Source: Vitrella brassicaformis CCMP3155
Taxonomy: Eukaryota; Protista; Chromerida
NCBI GenBank assembly: GCA_001179505.1
Contig: CDMY01000430.1
Location: forward strand, 1 to 64,000
Direction of reading: 5' to 3'
DNA length: 64,000 bases
Shown here: positions 1 to 12,288 of the stretch, piece by piece
Position numbering within the stretch: the stretch's first letter is position 1
Layout of the letters: every line of letters begins with the position of its first letter
Notes under the pieces: model-generated
The model's input: the letters and a program-made list of their open reading frames with translations, nothing else
The model's database searches: none
Told to the model about the DNA's origin: nothing
Made by a program: the position numbers and the translations under genes

Positions 1-107
1 GACTGAGTGACTGAGTGACTGACTGACTGAGTCCCTGCCTTGACTGACTGAGGAGTGGGTGAATGAGTGAGTGATTCACTCCAATACTGATTGATTGATT
101 GATTTAC

Positions 108-3100
108 CTGGGTCTCCCGGGTACAGCCCCATGACGTTGAGGACATCCCTGAAGTTGAGGCCCACCGCGCGGACTCGCAGCAGACAGGCGCCCGGAGGCA
201 GCTTTCCTTTGTCGGCATCGTTGGCCCGGCTGCTGCTGCTGTTCTTCTCGTCAAGGTCAAGGGGCGGATACGCACACGGCCGCAGCTTGAGGTTCGAGAT
301 GGCCCCTCGCTCAGACAGGTGCAGCTCCACAGCCCCGCGTGCCGCTATGGCGCTCTTGGCCAGTCGGGCAGCGTACACGTGCTCCCCTCTGACAGCCACC
401 TCCACCTCTCGTTTGGCGCCCGCGCCTGATGACAGGACACGCTCCAGCTGCGACGACACCGCCTCGACTTTACTGCTGGCGCTGGGGAGGAGGAGTGGCT
501 CGATGTCAACGCAGCCGACAGCCACGGGACGGCCGAAGGTCTGCTCCAACTCGAGCCGAGCGCACCGAGCGAGGCCCCACAGACCACCGCCCTCGATCAA
601 GCAGCTGGGAGTCTGACCAACCACCAACGAGCGACCGGGAGATGACGGTGATGATGACAATGGGACATTCTGCACGCCGCACGACACCAACCAGACGGCA
701 GGCACGTTTGCCGCCTGCTTCACACGTGCCTCAGGCTGAGGCTCTTCTTGTTGCTGCGTTGCTGGTGCCGCAGGCGAGGCCGAGGCCGGGCGTGTGGGCC
801 GCAAAGCCAAGAGAGCCTTGCAGATCTGGAGAGCGACGTGCGTGTGCTCCACCGCCGCCTGGACCGTCCCGCCCTCCTCTTCCTCTCCCGCCTCCTTTGC
901 CTTGCTGTCCTTATCAAGCAGCGACCCCAGATAGATGATCGTGTCCCAACAGCCCTCCAGCAGCCGCTGCTCGAGCCGATTCGGAACGGCCATCACGCTC
1001 GCAGCCGTCCAGTGCTCCACTTGCATCGCCATGTCAGTGCTGTTCTTGTCTGCCCATCGTCTGGCCAGTGCCTCGCCCATACCCCCCTCGTTGCCGATCA
1101 CCAGCACTGAAGAGGGACGAGTGCTCGCGTCCTCTTCTTGGACTCGATCCTTCTCTTGCTTCTGTTCTTGTCCTTCTTCAGAGGCTGCCTCGATAACTGT
1201 TGTTGTCAATGCGGTTGGTGCAGCTGGCTCGGTGAGCTGCGCCCACTGGACTTCCCAGAGCACGTCCCGCGGGACCTGGACGGCTGCCGTGGCCGCGAAG
1301 TCGATCTGGCGTGCGGTGACGCTGTCGAGGCGGGCCACCAATTTGTGATGCTGGTCGAAGAGCTGCACGTCGAAACTGGCCTGCACGGCAGTCGCCGACA
1401 CCAGCTTGACGTGACTCCAGAAGACAGGAGCGGACGGCGCCGGAGACGACAGAGAGGCCACCTTGAGGCGGCCCAGGACAGCCCTTTCGATCGAGAAGGG
1501 CACCATCGCTTTCTTGCCCGCGTCTGCATGCTTTCTGTCGGCCATGGCGAACAGGGCTGCTGCCGACTGGAGGGCCCCATCGAGAATGGCGGGATGGATG
1601 CGGAAACCCTCCTCAAAGTCGTCGCAGCTGCCGGTCGTGCCTCCAGCCACCAGCTCAGCCAGCACCTCGCCAGGCATCTGACCACCCTCCTCGCCCTCGC
1701 CCTCGCCTCCCTCTGATGAAACGGTCGTGGACCTCAAGACGTGCACGCGCCGGACCGTCTGGAACCGCGGACCGTACTCCAGACCAACCTCACGAAGCTT
1801 CGCGTACAGCTCACCGCCCTCGATCGTCTGCATGACGGAACCGTCCGCGGCCTTCCTGTCGAGCAGCTCTGCCAGCCGCGGCGCTTGGTCGAAGCCGTCT
1901 TGGCTGACTTGGTCTGCAGTCCTTGCGTGAGCGAGAGTGGCGAGAGCGGCACGCGCGTGGATCTGCACGGCGTCCGCCGACTCCCCGTTGTCTGCCTCCT
2001 TTCCTTCGTTGGTTGCCGCCGGGCCGACGCTGAGTGCCCCGAGTGAGGCGACCTGCACTGCTTGGTCCTGCGTCGGGCCGTTATCCGCCGCCGGCTGGTG
2101 GGTGATTTGCAATGTCGGATGAGCCTTGTCGGTCCTCCTCCCGGCTCGCTTGGGCGCCCATGGCAGCAGCAGAGGACGCTCGAACTCGACCGTCTCGATG
2201 CTGACCATCGCGCTCTCCTTGTCATGGTGATCCAAGCTGTCCAGATCGTGGGCCGTGCCGCTCTGCTGCTCGTTGGTGAACGTGGTCGCATTCAGCACTT
2301 CCAAGAAGGCCGCCGCAGGCATCACCGGCCTTCCCAGGACCTTGTGGTCCACAAGCAGGCCCAGCAGGTCGTTACGCAGGGGCGTCTCGGTCACCACCGA
2401 CCGCGACACCGAGGAAGACAGCAACCGCCGCTTCCCCACAAACGCATTGTGAACAGTGCACCAGCGGAAAGCCGTCGAGTGNNNNNNNNNNNNNNNNNNN
2501 NNNNNNNNNNNNNNNNNNNNNNNNNNNNNNNNNNNNNNNNNNNNNNNNNNNNNNNNNNNNNNNNNNNNNNNNNNNNNNNNNNNNNNNNNNNNNNNNNNNN
2601 NNNNNNNNNNNNNNNNNNNNNNNNNNNNNNNNNNNNNNNNNNNNNNNNNNNNNNNNNNNNNNNNNNNNNNNNNNNNNNNNNNNNNNNNNNNNNNNNNNNN
2701 NNNNNNNNNNNNNNNNNNNNNNNNNNNNNNNNNNNNNNNNNNNNNNNNNNNNNNNNNNNNNNNNNNNNNNNNNNNNNNNNNAAGGGCACCATCGCTTTCT
2801 TGCCCCCATCTGCATGCTTTCTGTCGGCCATGGCGAACAGGGCTGCTGCCGACTGGAGGGCCCCATCGAGGATGGCGGGATGGATGCGGAAACCCTCCTC
2901 AAAGTCGTCGCAGCTGCCGGTCGTGCCTCCAGCCACCAGCTCAGCCAGCACCTCGCCAGGCATCTGACCACCCTCCTCGCCCTCGCCTCCCTCTGATGAA
3001 ACGGTCGTGGGCCTCAAGACGTGCACGCGCCGGACCGTCTGGAACCGCGGACCGTACTCCAGACCAACCTCACGAAGCTTCGCGTACAGCTCACCGCCCT

Positions 3101-6077
3101 CGATCTCTTGAGCTGCACCACTTGATGTTCCTTCCATGAGTTTCCGCAGCGCTTCCTCGTCTTCGTCGCCTGTATTGCGATCACTTGCTTCATGTTTTGC
3201 CAGTCTTCCTCTAGCATGCAGTTGCTGCTCATCATCATGCTGGAGATCAAGTGCTGCTCCGCCCTTCGACACGATGGTCAAGTCGCCACCTTTCTTCTCA
3301 AATGATGTCGTTGCAAGCTCCACACCACAGTGGCCACCGGGTGTAGAGCCGTCGTTGCTGTGACGAGGCAGAATGAGGGGCCTTTCGAATTCGATGTTCT
3401 CGATTGCTACGGCAGAGTCATCAGCGTCTCCGACCTCCTCCGCCGCGGCAACGGAAGCCGACGTGAAGATTTCGAGAAAGGCAGTCGCGGGCATGAGCAC
3501 CCGACCCATGATCGTGTGATGCTGCAGCAAGGCACTGACTTGCCGTCGTACTACAGTCTGAGCTCTCCAGCCTCCCGATTCGCTGTGATTGACCCGACCG
3601 CAGAAAGGATTGAGCATTGGGCTCCAGCGGAAAGCCGTCGAGTGGTCCCAGACGGGTTGCTGCCGGTCAGGCCCATGGGTATTGTCCGATATGCCCTCCG
3701 GGACTTCCATGACGATGTGGGCGTTTGCGCCTCCGAATCCGAATGAGCTGACGCCTCCCACGAAGCCCCGCCTGGGTTTGTGTCTGGGCCTCGCAGCGTC
3801 GGTGTGTTGGTGGGATGCTCTGGGCAGCTTCATGCGGTCGACGGGGAAGATGACGTTGAAGTCGTGATCGACCTCCATGAAGGGATTGAGAGTCTTCAAA
3901 TGCAGGTTGGGCGGGGCCTCGGCGTGCTGCAGTGTGAGGAGGAGCTTGAGGAGGCCGGCGATGCCGGCTGCTCCCTCCAGATGGCCAATGTTGGTCTTGA
4001 GAGCCCCCACAACCAAAGGCAGGTGGTTGGTCCTCGCGTGTTTGAAGACGGCCATGATGGCTCCCATCTCGATGGGGTCCCCGAGAGAGGTGCCCGTTCC
4101 GTGGGCTTCGATGTAGTCGACGTCACTTGGCCTCAGGCCTCCCATCTGCAGAGCCGCTCGGATCACTTCCTGTTGGGAAGGGCCATTGGGAGCAGTGAGG
4201 CTCGCACTCCGGCCGTCGTGATTGACTGCGCTGCCGCGAATGTACCCCAGCACCGGCCGGCCCTGACGACTTTGCAGCGGATTTGTCTTTGTCGCTGCTG
4301 CAGGGTGGTCATGTTTGTCATAGCTGTCAGCACTTTGCTGGTGGGTCTCGATGACCATAGCGCCGCACCCCTCGCCTCTTGCGTAGCCGTCGGCTTCCTT
4401 GTCGAAGGTCTTGCATCGCGCGTCCATGGAGAGCATGCGGGCCTTGGAGAAGGCAATGAAGAGATGTGGCGAGAGCATCAGGTTGACGCCTCCCACCAAG
4501 AGGCCGGTTGCCCCTCGTCCGTGTGGTCCGAGCACGTGTTGGACGCCCGCATCCAAGGCCACGAGCGATGAGGAGCAGGCTGTGTCGATGGTCATGCTGG
4601 GGCCCTTGAGTCCGTACACGTACGACAAGCGATTGGCCACGATGGACGCCGCCCCGCCCGTCCCTGTGTAGCTGCTGCTCTTCTTGTTGATGTCCAGGAA
4701 GTTCCAGTCCTGGTTGCAGCAGCCAATGAAGACGCCGAAGCCCTGCCCGACCAGGCTGTCGCGGGAACAGTACCCGGCGCTGTGGAACGCCTCGTAGCTG
4801 ACCTCAAGCATCACACGCTGCTGAGGATCCATGTACCGAACCTCAGACGGAGATAAGCTGAAGAATGCGTTGTCAAACTCGTCCATTCCCTCCATGAAGG
4901 CCCCCCTTCGGACGTAGCACTTGCCAGACGCGTCCGGATCACCGTCATACACTGCGTCGACGTCCCAACGAGTGGCAGGCACCTCTCGCATGCAGTCAGT
5001 GGCGTCCATGAGAGTTGTCCACATCTCGTCCAAGTCACCACCACAGGGCAGGCGACATGCCGCGCCAACGATGGCAAGAGCACTGGCATTGACGTCAGGC
5101 GGAGCAATCATGCGCAGAGCCGCATCCTCATCGATCGATGGGTCCGCTGACTGGCGGCCGACAGTCCTTTCCGCCTCCTTCGCAATGAACTCGATGATGG
5201 CTCCGAGGGTGGGGTAGTCGAAGAGCGTCGTGGCGGGGAGCCTGACGCCCAGCTCTGAGGGAAGGAGGAAGGGAGGGAGGGACACAAGAGAGAGAGAGAA
5301 GAAGAGAGAGAGACGATGAGCATCCATTCATGCAAGGAGTCGTTGGTGCAGGCTTACTGTTGGACAAGGCGTTGCGGAACTCGACGGCTCCCAGCGAGTC
5401 GATGCCCAGCTCCTGCAGCGGCGCGTCAAGGGGAGGGAGATCGCTCTCGGCCACGTGGCCGAGGACTTCGGTGGCCGTTTCCAACACGGTGGCCTTGACG
5501 AAGGCCCGCAGGTCGTCTGCGGTCATGCTCCTGAGCTTGTTGCGCAGCTCACTGTCCATGAGCATACTGGCGTCGCCGGTGCCAGACGAGGGCGAGATGT
5601 TGTCGAAGAATGCAGGCACGAGCTCATAGCGTCGAAGGAAGACATTCCAGTCGCCGAAGGGCTGGCATCCCACCACGCTGCTGGTAGTGCTGTGGGTGGT
5701 GGTGTTGACGAGGCAGAGGTCATTGAGCACCCGAAGGCCCAGGTCGTTGGTGATGCCGCGCAGTCCCACTTTGCTGAGGTGCTGTCGAAGACCGGCGGCC
5801 ATTCCCTGCTCCACCCAAGGGCCCCACTGGATCGACTGGCCACTCAGCCCGCTCGCACGGCGATGCACCGCAAGAGCGTCAAGGCAAGCGTTGGCTGCCG
5901 CGTAGTTGCTCTGGCCGAAGTTGCCGTACAGCGACGCGACCGACGAGAACAAGACAAAGTGGTCGACGTGGTGGTTGTGGGGTGGGGTGGTCGTGGCGTC
6001 GTGGAGGTTCCACGCGCCTCCCACTTTCGGGCGGTAGACCTGCTCGATGCCCGTCACACTCTGCTGCTCCACAACTG
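108..6077 (-). CDS. Modular type I polyketide synthase, internal portion: KR(C-terminal part)-ACP-KS-DH-[gap]-DH-linker-ER(start); continues off the window
   Basis: KR FSSVASLYGNFGQSNYAAANA (~5870-5950). ACP GIDSLGAVEFRN|KLGVRLPATTLFDYPT is split by intron 5255-5357. KS DTACSSS, EAHGTGT, TNIGHLEGAAG, SFGFGGANAH (~3705-5085). DH HTIMGRVLMP and HPAILDGALQ. Second DH DHKVLGRPVMP. ER GLNFRDVLNVMGLYPG, then a GT donor at 107. The 5' limit is a likely acceptor (tgtgtgcag) at 6078. Confidence 0.95.
2482..2781. other. Assembly gap (300 N)
   Basis: Run of N. Equal-sized gaps occur at 14573-14872, 55171-55470 and 58050-58349. Confidence 1.
5255..5357 (-). other. Spliceosomal intron inside the PKS ACP domain
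   Basis: Minus strand GTAAG...CCTCAG. Removing it joins NALSN-K-LGVRLP in frame. Confidence 0.9.
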
Positions 6078-7400
6078 CTGCACACAGGATGCTGGAGACT
6101 GGCAAGATTCTCTCCTCCGTCCTGTCTTGGCTAGGCTTCATCGGGGAGCTTAGAAGCTGCGCCCTGTATGTACTTGTGAGATCATTCATTGTGAGCCTTC
6201 ACAATTAGCCCCATTTGATCAAGCGTGCTTCGCTGATCGCTGTGAACCAATTTTGCATGTCAAATACTCACTCATTCGCGCAAAAATGGCAAAGCAATCC
6301 TAGCCACTGCCCAAAACGCCCTAAACGGCCTGACTTTCGTTTCTTCCTGATTTGCCTCATCGCCAGGCTGGTAACTCAGCGCGACGCAAGCAGAAGCCGT
6401 GTGAGAAAACGGCTAAGTGGTGCCACCCGAAGCATCACGAGAAACCCCCTTATTCACTCCCAAAGTTCACGCACGAGATTGACGTGTCATCTCGTGCACC
6501 CTGCAACAATGCTGTGGGCCTCGGATAAATGAATTCGCTTTCTTCCCAATTCGGACTTTTTCTCATCCTGTCAACTGGCGATCGAAGTCATCGATGACTG
6601 AACGTATGCAGAATGCATTCACGCAAGGAACATGCATGCGATGAGTCTTCCATGCACACCACATGGAAATGAGTCAGTCAGGAGGGGCCTCACACGCTGA
6701 GTGCGTCAGATGAACGCCAGGGTGGCGTCACTGAAGTGCTGCTCCAGAAAACACAACGTCTTGACTCGATCTGACATACAGATGCGTACACACGAAGGCC
6801 ATGCGATCGAGGACTCCTCCCCTGTCCTTTTCTCGCTATCTGCCTACCTCCCTTCTTGTCGCCGCAGAGCGTCTCGCTGGTCTGCATCGACTTGGCCTGG
6901 CTCAGGATCCACCGGACGAAGTTGATCATGTGCGGCTGGCCGGCGTACTTGCCGCTGGTGTATGTCGTTATCCACCCCTCCCAACCGCCCACTGTCAGAA
7001 AGCGGCTGAGCTGCTTCTTCCACAGAGGCTTCTGCTGCAGGGCGGTCCTGTGCATCTTCTTCTCGGCTGCGTACAACCGACCTGAACGGCGGACACAACA
7101 AGCAACGACCATGCAATGGACAGATGGCCTGAGGTGGGGTGGTGTTCGCCTCTCTGATGCCGCAGAGTGCTCCGGTTCATTTGTCCACTCATCAACCAAC
7201 TCATACAGATGTCCCAGCGGCAAACCAGGGAAGGTATGTTTCGTCTGACCGCCGGCCCACTTTGCGGTCAAGGTGGCCCCCCCTCTGACCTAATATTACC
7301 CCCGGGGCGTATTGCCCCCACCCGAAACCCGAACCCTGAACCCTAACCCGATTGGGGGGCAACCGCCCCCGGGACAGTTTAGGGTCCGTGATCCGGGACC

Positions 7401-7660
7401 GACTCATGGATACTGACCTTTTGCAGCCCCCTCCCCCATTCAAGGGGGAGGGGGCGATGTTGCGTCGTCCGCATTCCCACTTCCCTTCGCTGTCCGTGCC
7501 CTCTCTTCAATCACACACAAGTGCAGCCGGTTTTTGGTTTCTCGGCCATCCTCGCTTCCCCAGATTTTCGGGAATGGCCGCCAAATCACCTCACGGTGCC
7601 CAACTGCCCTTTTGGCGGAGACCCAAAGGGTCAAGTACTGGCCAATCGCGATCGCTAGAT
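7401..7660 (+). repeat. Hairpin-ended dispersed repeat ('H' arm), copy 1
   Basis: Begins GACTCATGG. It has a 12-bp stem GCCCCCTCCCCC-attcaa-GGGGGAGGGGGC (7426-7455) and is homologous in inverted orientation to 12969-13266 and 15871-16200. Confidence 0.85.
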
Positions 7661-7674
7661 GTTCGTTCGTTCGT

Positions 7675-7971
7675 GTCAGGAGTGCCGAGCTTGTGAGCTA
7701 GGGTAGATTGCTGTGTAAGGGAGAGAGAGAGGTGGAGAGAGGAAAAGACAAGGAAAGCATTCTGAGGAGACACGATCTTATCAGCCATCACCAAAGTGAG
7801 ATCTGTGTTGACCACCCTTCATGATGCCATACATGGACAGAAACAACTTTGATTGACTGGCCAGTCCATCGGTCTTACTAAAGGAAAAGCATTCTTACTC
7901 TGGGACTTATCGCCCAGCAGATCCTCTATTCAGCTAACTACAGGAAAGGTCCTCACCGGCCTTTTCGCACA
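7675..7971. mobile_element. 297-bp insertion flanked by 14-bp direct repeats GTTCGTTCGTTCGT
   Basis: The direct repeat lies at 7661-7674 and 7972-7985. The homologous H copy reads straight into (GTTC)n-GTTAACC with no insert. Confidence 0.6.
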
Positions 7972-8032
7972 GTTCGTTCGTTCGTTAACCTCGCGGGGAC
8001 CTGGCCCTCCGGCCCCCCGAAGGGGTACGCAA
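7972..8032 (-). repeat. 64-bp-type retroelement 3'-end module 'M' (UUCG stem-loop + (GAAC)n tail), isolated copy
   Basis: The reverse complement matches 8991-9055 and 12900-12968. Confidence 0.85.
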
Positions 8033-8113
8033 GATGGAACCCCCGCGAACGCGGTCACGAACGGGTACGAGGGGGTAAGACCCCCTCGTAACGGAAGGCG
8101 ATCGGAAAGGGAC

Positions 8114-9057
8114 GTTCGTTCGTCCGTTCGTTAACCTCACGGGGACCTTGCCCCCGGCCCCCCGAAGGGGTACGCAAGAACGAGTCTGTGTGAGTCAGGC
8201 CTGTCTACCCACCCATCCCTATGGTCCACCACAAAGGAAAAGGCACTGGCACCGGCCGACATACAGATGACAACAGAGCCTTACAGAGGGCACAGATGAC
8301 GAACACTTCCCCTAGCTACATACACAAGAACGAGCGATATCGCCCGACAGCATGAAGCCCTGGCATTCATGCCCACTGAGCCATCACACGCAACAAACAA
8401 ACAATCAGGTGAACACACCACCATGCGGGACGCATGTGCAAGGGAGGCAGGAAGACAACAGAGGGAGAGAAAGGAGGATAGCCAAGCAGGCCATAACGCC
8501 CTACAACATGCAGACCGAAAGGCACACCCTACAGAATTTCGCGGATCGAAATGTACACACCGGTCATCATGGGTTCAATTCCTCTAGTGGACCCATGGTG
8601 CAAGTTTCTGGAGGGAGTCTAGACTAGCCACCCTAAGGATCTCACTGGACTGCCTGCAAAGGGATCTTACTGGACGCGCCGCGAGGACCAACCGAGGAGT
8701 GGCACGGATGCATGCACGGATGCGTTAACTACTACTAGCTCCCGTGAAACCGTGCAAAGGCTGAGGACACAGTGGGCTTCCATGTTTCGCTTGCTTCCTC
8801 TGGCTTCTGTACACTTGCCAGGGCTTCTTGCTGTCGGGCGATATCGCCCGTTCTTGTGTATGCAGCCAGGGGAAGTGTTCGTCAGCTGTGCCCTCTGTTG
8901 TCATCTGTGTCGGCCGGTGCCAGTGCCTTTCCTTTTGTGGTGGACCATAGGGATGGGTGGTAGACAGGCCTGCATCACACAGACTCGTTCTTGCGTACCC
9001 CTTCGGGGGGCCGGGGGGCAAGGTCCCCGTGAGGTTAACGAACGAACGAACGAACGA
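8114..9057. repeat. Head-to-head inverted pair of SINE-like / 3'-UTR copies, each ending in module M
   Basis: Arms 8114-8365 and 8816-9055 are ~250-bp inverted repeats with small indels, separated by a ~450-bp spacer. Both outer ends are (GAAC)n tails. Confidence 0.85.
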
Positions 9058-10899
9058 GGCGTGCGATCGGTCGATCGGAGTGTGATCGTGCGTGGCCAGT
9101 GTACATAATCGGACTCGCAAAAGACTCGGGAGGGGGGGGGCAAGTACCCCATAAACAAAACCACCACCACCACCAGAGTATTGCGTCTCCTCGTTTGTAT
9201 TCTCTCGCTACTTACTTTGATCTTGCCCTGACTCACACACACAGCATCTAGCGCTCTCTCCTGCTGTGACTAATTTGCGTGATCGCATTCGTGCTGCGCG
9301 TCATAATTCTGGCCGTACACTCTACCGGTGGACGGTTGGAGACTTGATGGTATCACTTATGCAGTTGGGAAACGTGTCGGGACGGCCGCTCTCACAGACC
9401 TCAGCCAGGTGTTCACTGCGTTTTTTCGCTCGCGTACGTGGGCATATGCTCATGATTGTATTCTTATCCATCCCCTGCATAAGAAGGGCCCTACTCACTT
9501 GCCTGATAATTATCGGGGCATCCACTTGCTGCCTGTCTGGGAGAAATTGTATGGTAACCTCCTCATTAATGCCATCCTCTCTCAGACATCCACATGCCCA
9601 GAACAGGCTGGTTTTCGTAAGGATCATGGTACTATTGGCCAGTGCTTTGTGTTGGGTAGCTTGATAGAACGTGCTCGTCGTGCCAGGCAGCCACTCTATG
9701 TGCGCTTCGTTGATTTTCGTTAGGCGTTTGACTCCGTCAATCGTAAGCTCCTCTGGGATGTCCTTCGTAGGAAGGGCATTGCAGAGACTCTCGTACGGAA
9801 TCTCGAAGCTCTGTATGCACGTGTGAAGGCGCGTGTTGATGGTGGCTTTGAGGGGCTATCTGCTGTGTTCAAGGAGCTGTTCGGTGTTAAGCAAGGCGAT
9901 GTCCTTGGCCCACTCTTGTTTTCTCTTTTTGTCGATGACCTGCCTGAATACATTCGCGCTGGCCGTGACGCCACCGCCCCACTCTTGCGGCTCATCGACA
10001 TTGTTGTGTTCGCTTTGTTGTACGCCGATGATCTTGCTTTGCTTGCTGTATGCGCTCCAGGCCTGCAAGAGAGCCTTGATCGTCTGCGTACATGGTGTGA
10101 AGACCAGGGTGGTTATTTTTAACCCTGAGTTTGCCCCTACCCCACCCCCCACCTTTCACTTCGGCCCTGCAACCAATGTCTTGCCTCGTGATCCCGCTTT
10201 TCGCTACCTTGGTGTATGATTTCATGAATCGGTGGGGTGGGAGTATCACTTGCAGGTCATGAGTGGGAAAGCAAATACTTCTTTGAATATCCTTTATCAT
10301 CGTCTTAAACGTCTGCCTGCACTAGACCCAGCAACTCTTGTCCTTCTTTTCGACACACTTGTTGCGTCTGTGTATTTGTATGGCTGTGAGTTCTGGGCGG
10401 GCCTGCCGTATCGTCAGCTCGATAAGTTACATCGCCTATTTCTCTTGCGTGTCATGCGTGTCTCATCTCGCACTAGCACGGACGCATTACTCACTGAGAC
10501 CGGCCGCTTTCCCGTCACGTATGAAGCGCGCCGGCGGCTGCTCGGTTTTCTGTGTCGTATATGGAATGGTCGTTGCGGTGAGCTAGCTAGAAAGGCTCTG
10601 TCAGAAGCCCAATCTGCTTATACATCCGCACCTCAGTTCACACGTATGCAGACAGACACCACTTACTTCTACAGACAGCACCATAATATGTATGCTCGCT
10701 TTGCTGCCGCTTTGGATCATGCGTCAGCGCGCCCTGATCTCTAATGTTGGTCCCATTAGTGACTCCATGTTGCATGACCTTCGTGTCGGCCATGCTAAGG
10801 CTCACTTTGCTGATACACTCACGTCACGGTGGGACACCAATATACGGACTCGTCATCATGGAGGGATATGTTGCACGATATCCTGGTAGCGGTACTGGA

Positions 10900-11024
10900 G
10901 CGTATTTACTACTACCATCATCTCTTATAGTTCTTGCGCGTTCGCCAATTATCATAGCAAATTCATAGTCACTCAAATATCTACTGGTTTTTCTATCTTC
11001 TTTTTTAACAATAATTTCTGTCAT
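10900..11024 (-). pseudogene. AT-rich fragment encoding an RNA polymerase RPB6/RpoK-like N-terminal motif, possibly of giant-virus origin
   Basis: MTEIIVKKEDRKTSRYLSDYEFAMIIGERARTI resembles the RPB6 motif [23 protein letters not shown]. GC is 34/120 over 10921-11040. Preceded by TATATAGATA. Confidence 0.55.
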
Positions 11025-11467
11025 TATCTATATATACATTACATCATTCGTTGCTGCATGATGCACCCCCCCTTCCTCCCCCCCTCTCGCTCTTGCCCTT
11101 GCCTCTGTGTCTTCTTCCATGGCGTGGGTACACACATGACAATGCCCGTACGCGGATTCTCTTGCATGCACGTCAGCGTTTATTCACTGCTTCTCCTTTC
11201 TTTGGCAATGTCTTCCCTCATAGCTTTCCCGTGACCCGTCGGCCTTTTGCGCCGCGTACACAGCGTTGCCTTCTGGACAGAAGCAATCTACTCTCTCTAC
11301 CTGCATATGTACCTCCTTTTCTGCGTGATTTCATTATTGAGTCAGGCCAAGACTGGCTTCATCGCCTCATCCAGCCTTTGTCCACCTTTCCATGCTACTT
11401 CTCGCTACCTAGACCCAAGCGTCGTGTACTGTTCGCTTTTCGGACCGGTACATATCCTTGTGCAGTT

Positions 11468-12288
11468 TGTTACGAGGTGGCATTTTAAGCAGAATAAGAG
11501 ACTGAATTCAAGCACCATTTGTTGCCGTCTCCGGCCCATTTTAGTGAAGATCTCAGGAGAATGACGCTTCGCTGATAAAGGGAGGGAGGTGTTCTAGCAG
11601 CACTGACCTCGTCCGGCATCAGACACACAGAAATCGGTCGAAATGACGATGGTGCAAGGGACGACATGACTATTGTGGATGGATTGCATAATGGGTGTAG
11701 GGTATCTGTTGATAGTGAGTGGGTAGATAGGAAATAGATGATACATGGAAGGCAGCAAAGTCGGCACATGCAGACAGGACTGGCTCAGAGGCAGTTGAAC
11801 GTTTAATGCGAGCTTCTGCGAGCTTGAGTTTAGATCGACGGAGTTTAGATCGCCGGGAGTTTAGATCGCCGGCGAAAGACTTGCGGACAGGCCGATTTTT
11901 GCTTCTTGAGATCAGATTTTCGGACAAACTTGGTAGAATCGTTGACTTTGACAGATTTTTCGTTTTCTTTGCATATGATGGACATAATCGTTTATGTGTG
12001 TGCATCCCCCGCCACCCTGTGCGGCAGCGTTCATTGAAGAGACGTGCGCGACTACCAGCGGGCGTACACAAGCAACCTCAGCCTCAACGGGGAGAGACAT
12101 CATCTCCAGGTGACTCAGGTGAGCATCAAGCTTACGCACCGACTTCAAAGTGCGAGAACCTTAAGCGAGGGTAAGCACAAGCGACACATCACTGACAGAC
12201 AGTCGCACCAAGCAAGCGACAGACACACCACGCGTCGCGACAGGACGTCAATCAATCGACCACCAACCAAGGAGGGAGCCCTCAAGCA
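11468..12288. mobile_element. Solo LTR (821 bp, TG...CA) with 4-bp TSD AGTT
   Basis: AGTT lies at 11464-11467 and 12289-12292. Excision restores the in-frame LINE sequence FRTGTYPCAVTDGRIGGPPRLLRSCPYC. Confidence 0.85.

Noticed and set aside
76-6189. Many long overlapping antisense or alternative-frame ORFs over the PKS and other GC-rich genes
   Set aside because: These are expected shadows of high-GC coding sequence, and N-filled ORFs are artefacts.
6690-7271. 193-aa minus-strand ORF upstream of the PKS
   Set aside because: No PKS or other recognisable motif. It may be a TE or gene fragment.
7972-8190. Self-cleaving ribozyme (HDV-like, twister or pistol) in module M
   Set aside because: There are partial resemblances (ACCTCGC loop-like sequence, TTGC/GCAA pairing), but by hand I could not build P1/P3 of HDV, the twister P2/GAGGG or the pistol AAAUA linker. 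An Infernal search would settle it.
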